Shown here piece by piece: positions 8,063 through 17,993 of a stretch of DNA of 64,000 bases. How positions within the stretch are numbered: position 1 is the first letter of the stretch; every line of letters starts with the position of its first letter. Under the pieces are notes generated by a model. The model was not told where the DNA came from, did no database searches, and saw nothing but the letters and a program-made list of their open reading frames with translations. The translations under genes and the position numbers were made by a program. The stretch is from Flavobacteriales bacterium (GTDB taxonomy: Bacteria; Bacteroidota; Bacteroidia; Palsa-965): assembly GCA_040377305.1 (NCBI GenBank), contig JBEIPA010000001.1, positions 32,001-96,000 on the forward strand. Direction: 5' to 3'.

Positions 8063-10423
8063 ATGCGCAGGTTTTTTATCTCTTTTTTAGCTCTATTTCT
8101 CTTCTCAGTTTCGGGATTCGGCCAAACGGCAACTATTCGTGGAACGGTGTACAGTGAAAGTACCGGAGAAGCTGTTCTATTCGCACTCGTATTCCTCGAG
8201 GGAACTTCGTATGGAGTCCAAACCGATGTGAATGGATTCTATTCGCTTACAAAAATTCCTGCCGGAACATACACACTGGCTGCGCAACAGGCCGGTTACG
8301 AACCGCAAAAAATACTGATCACTGTTAAAGCAGGTGATATTGTAACGCAGAATCTCACGATCAAACCACGCATTATGAAAGTGGTTGAGATTTCCGATTC
8401 AAGAACAGAGAAAGTTGAAAATCCTGCTGTTGGTAAAACAACTATGGATCGTAAAGACATCAATCGCGTAGTTGCTATTGGTGGTGTTGCCGATATCGCT
8501 CAGTCGGTACAGGTGCTTCCGGGTGTTGTAAGCTCGGGTGACCAGGGCGGACAACTTTACATTCGCGGTGGTACGCCGATTCAGAACAAAGTATTACTCG
8601 ACGGAATGATCATCTACAATCCATTCCACTCCATCGGTCTTTTCTCTGTATTTGATACTGACATCATCAAGAATATGGACGTGTACACCGGTGGTTTCAA
8701 TGCGGAGTATGGCGGTCGCGTTTCTTCGGTAATGGACATCACAACACGTGATGGAAACCGCAAAAAGTTCGGAGGAAAAATCACAGTATCTCCTTTCGGT
8801 TCTAAGCTCATGATTGAAGGTCCAATTCAGCGCATGAACGATTCTTTGGGACGTGGTTCAATCAGCTACATGCTTTCAGCAAAGAACTCTTATCTCCAGC
8901 AAACTTCGAAAGTGTTTTATAAATACGTTGACACCAACGGACTACCCTTCAACTTCGCCGATTATTACGGAAAAGTTTCCTTCAATGGCACATCTGGTTC
9001 ACGCTTGTCATTGTTCGGATACAACTTCAATGACCGTGTAAACCGCTACAAAGGTTCTGCCGATCTCAATTGGAAATCGTGGGGCTTCGGAAGTGCATTT
9101 CAGGTAGTACCGTCAGGATCAACAACACTGATCCGCGGAAACTTTGCGTATTCGAGTTACATCATCAGTATGTTGGAGGATAATTACTCTCCGCGAACAG
9201 ACTCCGTTGATGGATTCAACCTCGGCCTGAACTTCACATATTTCCAGCGTAAGAACGTTGTAAATTATGGAATTGAAGTACTGGGATATAAAACCGTTTT
9301 CGAGTTTGAGAACAGTGTACATCGCAAAATTGGTCAGACAGAAAACACAACCGAGTTCGCGGCATACCTGAAGTACAAGTGGGTGTCACGTGATCTGGCA
9401 AAAGACTCGCTGAAGAGCCGAACACTCGTTCTTGAACCTGGTTTCCGGATTCACTATTATGCGTCCCTGTCGAACGTTTCTCCCGAACCACGATTGGCAT
9501 TCAAGTACAACCTGACTGACAAAGTTCGTTTACGCGGTGCATTCGGAATGTATTCGCAAAACCTGATCGCTGCAACATCTGACCGTGACGTAGTAAACCT
9601 GTTCTACGGAATTCTTTCAGGATCAAACAACCTTCCACGCACATTCACCAATGAAGATGGACAAGTTGTTGATGTAACGCACAAACTCCAGAAAGCGAAC
9701 CACTACATCTTCGGTATTGAGTGGGATCCGATTGACTCTACGCAAAAATTCGGCAACCTTGAATTCACGGTTGAAGGTTACCTGAAAGATTTCACTCAGC
9801 TGACAAACATCAACCGTAACAAACTTTACGAAGACACGGAAGACAACGCTGATCAGCCAGACATTCTCAAGAAAGATTTCATCATTGAAACTGGCCGCTC
9901 TTATGGTGTTGATTTCGTGATGAAGTATACGTACGGAAATTTCTACCTGTGGACTGTTTATTCGCTTGGATATGTAAAGCGTTGGGATGGTTTGCAGACT
10001 TATCGCCCGAACTTTGATCGTCGTCACAACGTGAATGTGGTGAGCTCTTATATTTTCGGCAAAGACGATAACTGGGAAGTGGACGTACGGTGGAATTTCG
10101 GCACTGGATTCCCTTTCACACCAACACAAGGATTCTACGAAAGCCTAAGTTTCGACAACATCACGACCGATTACATGACTCAGAACGGTGATATGTCAAT
10201 TCTTTACGGTGACCTGAACTCTAAACAATTACCAACTTATCACCGAATCGATATTACGATCAAGAAATGGTGGGAATTCAGCGAGTTCTCGAAATTGGAA
10301 ATCGCGGCAGGTTGCACGAATGCTTACAATCGTGCGAACGTATTCTACTTCGATCGTGTTGCTTATAAGCGAGTTAACCAGTTGCCGATTATGCCTAGCT
10401 TGTCGATGAACTACTCCTTTTAG
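8063..10423 (+). CDS. TonB-dependent receptor with N-terminal carboxypeptidase-regulatory-like domain
   Basis: Signal peptide from ATG 8063; GVQTDVNGFYSL; plug motifs LPGV, YIRGG, LLDGM and GGFNAEYGGRVSSV; C-terminal beta-strand ending in Phe (MNYSF). Confidence 0.9.
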   Translation: MRRFFISFLALFLFSVSGFGQTATIRGTVYSESTGEAVLFALVFLEGTSYGVQTDVNGFYSLTKIPAGTYTLAAQQAGYEPQKILITVKAGDIVTQNLTIKPRIMKVVEISDSRTEKVENPAVGKTTMDRKDINRVVAIGGVADIAQSVQVLPGVVSSGDQGGQLYIRGGTPIQNKVLLDGMIIYNPFHSIGLFSVFDTDIIKNMDVYTGGFNAEYGGRVSSVMDITTRDGNRKKFGGKITVSPFGSKLMIEGPIQRMNDSLGRGSISYMLSAKNSYLQQTSKVFYKYVDTNGLPFNFADYYGKVSFNGTSGSRLSLFGYNFNDRVNRYKGSADLNWKSWGFGSAFQVVPSGSTTLIRGNFAYSSYIISMLEDNYSPRTDSVDGFNLGLNFTYFQRKNVVNYGIEVLGYKTVFEFENSVHRKIGQTENTTEFAAYLKYKWVSRDLAKDSLKSRTLVLEPGFRIHYYASLSNVSPEPRLAFKYNLTDKVRLRGAFGMYSQNLIAATSDRDVVNLFYGILSGSNNLPRTFTNEDGQVVDVTHKLQKANHYIFGIEWDPIDSTQKFGNLEFTVEGYLKDFTQLTNINRNKLYEDTEDNADQPDILKKDFIIETGRSYGVDFVMKYTYGNFYLWTVYSLGYVKRWDGLQTYRPNFDRRHNVNVVSSYIFGKDDNWEVDVRWNFGTGFPFTPTQGFYESLSFDNITTDYMTQNGDMSILYGDLNSKQLPTYHRIDITIKKWWEFSEFSKLEIAAGCTNAYNRANVFYFDRVAYKRVNQLPIMPSLSMNYSF

Positions 10424-10593
10424 GAAATAGGAAATAGGCGATAGGTAATAGTCTGGTGATTACGTAAATAATACAGGCGATGGTGAAAACTGTCGCCTTT
10501 TTCATTCATGGAACATACTTCCGGATCGTTCCACGATTTTAGCTGACAAATCATCGTTTATCTATTGCCTATCGCCTATTTCCTATTGCCTAA
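10420..10593. repeat. Inverted repeat of 7-nt periodic units (TAGGNAA-like), 32-bp arms, 30/32 match
   Basis: Left arm 10420-10451 TTAGGAAATAGGAAATAGGCGATAGGTAATAG; right arm 10562-10593 CTATTGCCTATCGCCTATTTCCTATTGCCTAA. Confidence 0.85.
10475..10503 (+). terminator. Intrinsic terminator of the TonB-dependent receptor gene
   Basis: AGGCGATGGT-GAAA-ACTGTCGCCT followed by a T-tract. Confidence 0.8.
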
Positions 10594-10598
10594 TTCCG

Positions 10599-10606
10599 TA
10601 ACTTTG
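10599..10606 (+). promoter_or_regulatory. -7 promoter box of pyrG
   Basis: TAACTTTG, 27 nt upstream of the ATG. Confidence 0.65.
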
Positions 10607-10627
10607 AATCCCGGTTATCGTCTGTAA

Positions 10628-12268
<1,641 letters not shown>

Positions 12269-12323
12269 TACGCGGATTGCGCGGATTAACCGGATCAATT
12301 TCCACTCGATTTTATTTGTTGTT

Positions 12324-12417
12324 CATTGAACATTGAGCGTTGAGCGTTGCTCATTTACACTCCTGCACACGTGTGAAGTAAAGTTTCAGTGGGCAATGTT
12401 CAGGGGGCAAGTGTCAA
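12324..12417. repeat. Degenerate 7-nt periodic inverted repeat (CATTGAA/CGTTGAG units versus CAATGTT-like units)
   Basis: CATTGAA CATTGAG CGTTGAG CGTTGCT and a complementary arm CAGTGGG CAATGTT CAGGGGG CAAGTGT CAA, around a CACACGTGTG palindrome. Confidence 0.55.
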
Positions 12418-12425
12418 GTAAATGT

Positions 12426-12562
12426 AAAAAGAAAGCCCTCTGTGGGGTACAGAAGGCTCTTGTGCAGGGGTTCCAAATCTATTCGTAATCAGGTTTGCCG
12501 CCCGTCATTAAAATTTTATCCTAATCCAATGTACACCACTACTGAGCCGGAGATTTGTCTGC
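12426..12562 (-). ncRNA. ssrS: Probable 6S RNA (Bacteroidota/6S-Flavo type) with its own terminator
   Basis: Minus strand reads CAAAUCUCCGGCUCAGUAGUGGUGUACAUUGGAUUAGGAUAAAAUUUUAAUGACGGGCGGCAAACCUGAUUACGAAUAGAUUUG, closed by CAAAUCU/AGAUUUG (12557-12474) and UCAG/CUGA. It is followed by the hairpin GAGCCUUCUGU-ACCCC-ACAGAGGGCUUUCUUUUU. Resemblance to Bacteroidota 6S RNA is from recall; ends are approximate. Confidence 0.6.
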
Positions 12563-12628
12563 TTAGGTAACGGTACACGCGAATGAGGGAACGGTATGGC
12601 CAGACCGGACAAAACCACGACAAAACCT

Positions 12629-12883
12629 CTATTTCGTGGCTAAAACTGCCACTTTATCGAAGACATCAGACGAGATTTCGAGAGCGAACGGTTCGTAAGC
12701 AATCAACAAATCCATGATGTGATTGCGGTCGGGTAGGATTTTCGCCTCGTATTCGCTGAGTTCATACCGCGCCCCGATTTTTCTGATCTCCGTGAACTTG
12801 GTTGGACTATCAATACGAATCCACGTCAACCCGTTAGTGTACATGCGGTAAACTGGAAATTCGAAGTCATTCAGATTCATCAT
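12629..12883 (-). CDS. Small hypothetical protein
   Basis: 84-aa ORF filling the intergenic gap. The FPVYRMY.N...AKILPDRN.IMDL pattern resembles small conserved Bacteroidota proteins (recall only). Confidence 0.65.
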   Translation of the reverse strand: MMNLNDFEFPVYRMYTNGLTWIRIDSPTKFTEIRKIGARYELSEYEAKILPDRNHIMDLLIAYEPFALEISSDVFDKVAVLATK

Positions 12884-12957
12884 GATTTATTTCTCCGCAA
12901 CAACCGATTACCCCGAACTGAGAACCCAGAACTGAGAACCGTTAGCTTTGCAAAGCT

Positions 12958-15777
12958 ATGCAATCCTTCATCGGCAATACTGCAGAATATATTCTGGAAA
13001 AATATTCCAATCCGGAAGAACTCTGTGTTGTAATGCCGAACAAACGCGCGGGATTGTTTCTTAAAAAAGAAATTGCTTCACGTCTCCACAAACCAACGTG
13101 GTCGCCACATATAACTTCTATTGAAGATTTTGTTTTCACAATTTCCGATTTGCAGATTGCGGATAGTTCGGAATTGTTGCTCACACTATTCAGGCTGGTG
13201 AAGAAAACAAAAGGCCACGAAGAAGATCGCTTTGAAGATTTCTGCAAATGGGCGCCCTCCTTGCTCACAGATTACAGCGAGATCGATATGTGGATGGCAG
13301 ATCCCAAAAGTCTATTCTCCAACCTAGCCGACATCAAGGAAATTGAGAATTGGAGTTTGGGTGAAGAACATCTCACTGAGTTTCAGAAAAAATATCTGCA
13401 CTTCTGGGATCAGCTCGGCAACTGGTATTTCGCTTTGCGCAGTGAAATGCTTGCGAAGAAGAAAGCATGGATCGGGCTTGCGCATCGTATCGTGGCGGAA
13501 GATATTGCGCATAACAACAAGCTCAATCAGTGGAAGCATATTGTGTTTGCCGGATTCAATGCATTAAGCAGCACGCAAGAGAAAATCTTTTCCGTGCTTA
13601 GTGCAACCGGGAAAGCGAAAATACTTTGGGATGCCGATCGCTATTACCTCGAAGATCCGCTGAATGAAGCCGGATTGTTTCTGCGCCGACAACGTGAAAA
13701 ATTCTTCGGAGCAAAATCAGAAAGCGATTTTCAGCACGTAACGGATAATCTCGCAGGATCACCGAAGAATATCACGTTGATTGCTGCAGCCCGAAACGTG
13801 TCGCAAGCAAGAGCCGCGGCAACTTTCCTCACTGAGCAAGGAAAAGAATTTGTTGCTGATGAAACGGCTGTGGTACTCGCTGATGAATCTTTGCTGATTC
13901 CGGCGCTCAACGCCCTGCCACAACGTTTCACCGATGTGAATATCACGATGGGTTATCCGATGCGGAGCACACCGGTGTATACACTGCTGCAGATCGTCTT
14001 CTCGCTACAGGAAAACGCAGAACGCTTCGGAATATATTCCCGTGAGAAAGAACTGAAATTCTATCACCACGATATCATCCGCTTGTTGCGTCATCCTTAC
14101 TTCATCGCAACTTCGAAGCATCCCGATTCATTGATTGAAGTCATTCGCCAGATCGGCAGAAGAAACCTCACGTTCGCAACGGCCTCCCGATTGAAGGAAA
14201 TCGGTGGAGAACACTTTCAGCACTTACATTGGTTTAAGCCGTGGAAGGATGCTAAGGACTGCATTGCACAGCTACGGGAATTAATTGAAGAGCTCCGGAG
14301 TGAATTCGCCAGAAGAGACGAAGCTTCTCTGGATGTGGAGTATCTCTATCAGTTTCATCTCGCCCTGAATAAAATCACGACTCTCATTGGCGACTCTCCG
14401 GAATTTTCGAATGTAGCGGCAATAAAAGCGTTGATACTTCAGAATTTCGGGTCAGGAACAATTCCCTTCTCCGGTGAGCCACTCGCGGGATTACAGGTGA
14501 TGGGAATGCTCGAAACACGCTGTCTCGATTTTAAAAATGTAATTGTGGTTTCTGCCAATGAAGGTGTTTTACCTTCGGCAGGTTCACAGCATTCGTTCAT
14601 CATGTATGACTTGCGCAAAGCATTCAGTCTCCCGGTTCACCAGGAACGGGATGCATTGACCGCTTACAACTTCTATCGCCTGTTGCAACGCGCTGAAAAT
14701 ATTTGTCTCGTCTACAACACCGATCAGGACGGAATTGGTGCGAAAGAGAAGAGCCGGTATGTTTCTCAGATTGTATATGAATTACCGAAGCAAAACAAGC
14801 TGGTCAACATCAAACATCTCATCGCAGGTGCAGAGCTTGATGCAAGCGGTTTCTCGAAAACAATTTCAATCGAATCTTCCCCGGAAATCGCTGATCTGGC
14901 CGCAAAGAAAGCGCTGGACGGTTTTTCTCCTTCTCTCATCAACTTGTTTCGCGAGTGTCGCCTGAAATTTTACTTCCGTTACATCGCCGGACTGAAAGAA
15001 CTGGACGAAGTAGAAGAAAGTGTTGATCAGAATATGCTTGGCACCATCATGCACAAAGCACTGGAGAATTTGTATCGACCTTTCGTTGGAGTTGCACTTT
15101 CTCCCGAAAATCTCGAAGCGATGAACAAGCTCGTTTCTCCGGAAGTACTGAATGCGTTTAAGCGAGAATTTCCCGATGAAGAAGCTGATCGTGGAAGAAA
15201 TCACCTTGCACGAAAAATTGCTACGCGTTACATCACGCAATATCTCGAACAGGAAAAAGATCGGATTGAATCGCAGCTCGCGAAAAAAGTCAGCAACACC
15301 GTACTGGGGCTGGAAGAGGTCCTTACATACGAATCAACCATCGGAAGCAAAACTGTTTTGTTCAAAGGCAGCGCTGATCGTATCGACGAGATGAACAAAG
15401 CCATTCGCATTATCGATTATAAAACCGGAAATGTCGATGATAAGGATGTGAAGATTGACGACATCGCCTTGTTCACCACCACCGACGACAAAGGCAAAGC
15501 ATTTCAGTTGATGATGTATGCATGGCTCTATCTCAAATCAAGAAATGAGAACGCAGCAGTACAACCCGGTTTGATTTCTTTCCGCAGAAAAGACAAACGT
15601 TTGCTGGAACTGAAAACACCAACCGGAAATTTCCTCAACATGAAAAACATTGCAGGGTTCGAAGAGGCGCTGTTTGCAATCACGGAACAGATTTTATCGC
15701 CCACTACTACGTTTGATCAAACACCCAATGTGCAAATGTGCCGGACTTGCGAGTTTAATCAGATTTGCAGGCGTTAG
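12958..15777 (+). CDS. AddB/RexB-like PD-(D/E)XK nuclease with inactivated helicase domain and Fe-S staple
   Basis: VVMPNKRAGLF, NITMGYP, GLQVMGMLETR.LDF, FSPS.I..F.EC..KFYF, GTIMH, KGSADRID, IIDYKTG, FQL.MY and terminal CxxCxxxxxC. TAGCTTTG box at 12943-12950. Confidence 0.88.
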   Translation: MQSFIGNTAEYILEKYSNPEELCVVMPNKRAGLFLKKEIASRLHKPTWSPHITSIEDFVFTISDLQIADSSELLLTLFRLVKKTKGHEEDRFEDFCKWAPSLLTDYSEIDMWMADPKSLFSNLADIKEIENWSLGEEHLTEFQKKYLHFWDQLGNWYFALRSEMLAKKKAWIGLAHRIVAEDIAHNNKLNQWKHIVFAGFNALSSTQEKIFSVLSATGKAKILWDADRYYLEDPLNEAGLFLRRQREKFFGAKSESDFQHVTDNLAGSPKNITLIAAARNVSQARAAATFLTEQGKEFVADETAVVLADESLLIPALNALPQRFTDVNITMGYPMRSTPVYTLLQIVFSLQENAERFGIYSREKELKFYHHDIIRLLRHPYFIATSKHPDSLIEVIRQIGRRNLTFATASRLKEIGGEHFQHLHWFKPWKDAKDCIAQLRELIEELRSEFARRDEASLDVEYLYQFHLALNKITTLIGDSPEFSNVAAIKALILQNFGSGTIPFSGEPLAGLQVMGMLETRCLDFKNVIVVSANEGVLPSAGSQHSFIMYDLRKAFSLPVHQERDALTAYNFYRLLQRAENICLVYNTDQDGIGAKEKSRYVSQIVYELPKQNKLVNIKHLIAGAELDASGFSKTISIESSPEIADLAAKKALDGFSPSLINLFRECRLKFYFRYIAGLKELDEVEESVDQNMLGTIMHKALENLYRPFVGVALSPENLEAMNKLVSPEVLNAFKREFPDEEADRGRNHLARKIATRYITQYLEQEKDRIESQLAKKVSNTVLGLEEVLTYESTIGSKTVLFKGSADRIDEMNKAIRIIDYKTGNVDDKDVKIDDIALFTTTDDKGKAFQLMMYAWLYLKSRNENAAVQPGLISFRRKDKRLLELKTPTGNFLNMKNIAGFEEALFAITEQILSPTTTFDQTPNVQMCRTCEFNQICRR

Positions 15778-15789
15778 TTTGCCTGCGGC

Positions 15790-15953
15790 GCTTACCACGG
15801 CGACACGGTGAAACGGCGAAAATGCTGCACGTCCATTACTCAACCGGAGGACACGGGGTATTGAAGTGAATCGCCGAATCTCGCCGCACCTCCGGCTGGG
15901 AATCAACCATCAACACTAAGAAAACGCCGTAACGCCGCATCGCCGTGGTAAGC
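15790..15953. repeat. REP/MITE-like inverted-repeat element, copy 1 (GCTTACCACGGCG termini)
   Basis: Arms 15790-15818 and 15925-15953 (24/29 match), with a nested CCGGAGG/CCTCCGG pair at 15844-15850 and 15889-15895. Confidence 0.8.
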
Positions 15954-15994
15954 CGGCTGCAAGCCATGCGCGTTAATCCTTAACTTTGTTGTGT

Positions 15995-17827
15995 ATGTCA
16001 TATTCCTCTCTCGAACAATGTTTATTGGAACTCGAAGCGAACAAAATGCTCGTTCGTATCAAGGAGGAAATCGATCCCAATCTGGAGATGGCGGCATTGC
16101 ACATGCGTGTGTGTGAACAAGGTGGTCCTGCATTGCTTTTTGAGAATGTGAAAGGAACTTCTTTTCGTTGTGCGTCCAACATTTTCGGAACCAAAGAACG
16201 TGCTGCTTTTATTTTCCGCGATGGAATTAAGAAAGTACAACGCATGGTTGAAGTGAAATCGGATCCTGCTTCCATTCTCCGGAAACCATTCAGCAATCTC
16301 GATGTTCCGTTCACTGCGTTAAAAGCATTGCCGAAGAAGAAGTCAAGCGGACCTGTGATGTTTGGAGAAACGACAATCGACAAACTTCCGCTGATCAAAC
16401 ATTGGCCGATGGATGGTGGTGCATTCGTAACGCTGCCTATTGTTTACACCGAAGACATTGACAATCCCGGGGTCATGCAATCAAACATTGGCATGTATCG
16501 CATACAATTGAGCGGGAACGAGTATAAGCTCAACAAAGAAATAGGCTTGCATTATCAGTTGCATCGCGGCATTGGAGTACATCAATCGAAAGCGCATGCC
16601 AGGAATCTACCGTTGAAAGTTGCGGTGATTGTTGGCGGACCACCATCGCTCACATTTGGAGCAGTGATGCCTTTACCCGAGGGACTTTCGGAGTTGACAT
16701 TCGCCGGAGTACTCGGCAATCGCAGAATTCGTTACACACAACAGAATGGATTTTCGTTCGCAGCAGATGCCGACTTTGTAATCACCGGAGAAGTTCGCAC
16801 CGGCGAAAATAAACCGGAAGGTCCGTTCGGCGATCACTTAGGATATTACAGCCTCGCGCACGATTTTCCGGTGATGCGCGTGAACAAAGTTTATCACCGC
16901 AAGAATGCGATTTGGCCATTCACGGTTGTTGGTCGTCCGCCACAGGAAGATTCTGTATTCGGCTGGCTGGTACACGAACTCACTGGTTCTGCAATGCACG
17001 ATGAGATTCCGGGAATCAAAGCAGTTCATGCGGTTGACAATTCCGGCGTGCATCCACTGTTGCTCGCAATCGGAAGTGAACGATATACACCTTACGCGAA
17101 AGAAAGAAAGCCTGCGGAGATTCTTACGATTGCAAACCGCATCCTCGGAACCGGTCAACTTTCATTGGCGAAGTTCTTGTTCATCTGTGCTCAGGAAGAC
17201 AACGCGAAGCTTGACATTCACAATATGCGCGAGTTCTTTACGCACATGCTGGAACGAATTGACTTCACGCGCGATTTGCATTTCTACACGAAGACCACAA
17301 TCGATACGCTTGATTATAGCGGAACTGGCTTGAACGAAGGTTCCAAACTTGTTCTTGCTGCTGCCGGTGAAAAGAAACGCGAGCTGGCTGAAAGTATTCC
17401 AAACGTTTCGCTTCCCGATGGTTTTCATTCGCCCAAAATGGTTCTGCCTGGTGTGATGGTCATCGCCGCGAAAAAATTCACAAATCACGAAGCTGCGAAA
17501 CAGGAAATGCGTGTGCTGTCCGAAAAGCTGAACGATCAGAAAACTCAGCTGGCTGGAATTGCATTGATTACTCTCTGCGATGATTCCGAATTCACCGGCA
17601 AAAACGTTGACAACTGGATCTGGGTGACATACACGCGTAACAATCCATCGCATGATGTTTACGGTGTTGGAGAAACGATAGAAAATAAACATTGGGGCTG
17701 TACTGGTCCGCTACTGCTCGATTCAAGAGCCAAGCCTCATCACGCACCTCCATTGGTAAAAGATCCGGATGTTGAAAAGGCGATTGATCGGTTTTTCACT
17801 AAAGGAGCATCTCTCGAAAAGCACTAA
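15995..17827 (+). CDS. UbiD-family (prFMN-dependent) decarboxylase
   Basis: GGPALLFENV, WPMDGG.F.TLP, NIGMYR.QL, catalytic EGPFGDHLGYY and VVGRPPQED. ATG 15995 follows a TAACTTTG box. Confidence 0.9.
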   Translation: MSYSSLEQCLLELEANKMLVRIKEEIDPNLEMAALHMRVCEQGGPALLFENVKGTSFRCASNIFGTKERAAFIFRDGIKKVQRMVEVKSDPASILRKPFSNLDVPFTALKALPKKKSSGPVMFGETTIDKLPLIKHWPMDGGAFVTLPIVYTEDIDNPGVMQSNIGMYRIQLSGNEYKLNKEIGLHYQLHRGIGVHQSKAHARNLPLKVAVIVGGPPSLTFGAVMPLPEGLSELTFAGVLGNRRIRYTQQNGFSFAADADFVITGEVRTGENKPEGPFGDHLGYYSLAHDFPVMRVNKVYHRKNAIWPFTVVGRPPQEDSVFGWLVHELTGSAMHDEIPGIKAVHAVDNSGVHPLLLAIGSERYTPYAKERKPAEILTIANRILGTGQLSLAKFLFICAQEDNAKLDIHNMREFFTHMLERIDFTRDLHFYTKTTIDTLDYSGTGLNEGSKLVLAAAGEKKRELAESIPNVSLPDGFHSPKMVLPGVMVIAAKKFTNHEAAKQEMRVLSEKLNDQKTQLAGIALITLCDDSEFTGKNVDNWIWVTYTRNNPSHDVYGVGETIENKHWGCTGPLLLDSRAKPHHAPPLVKDPDVEKAIDRFFTKGASLEKH

Positions 17828-17993
17828 TAATCCGTGTACCTGAACCCCACTGGGTCGGTATTTGCACCGCTGTGTCACTTAACGTTTATTTGTAAAATCC
17901 CCGTCTTTTCCGCTCACATTTTGACACTTTTCGCGGTAACTTGCGTTATTACTACAATTCTCAATTAGTACTGTTTCACTGTTAATTTACGAC

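Noticed and set aside
12958-15777. PD-(D/E)XK nuclease as a Cas4-like or anti-phage defence gene
   Set aside because: Its length, inactive helicase region and Fe-S staple fit housekeeping AddB, and AddA can be unlinked in this phylum.
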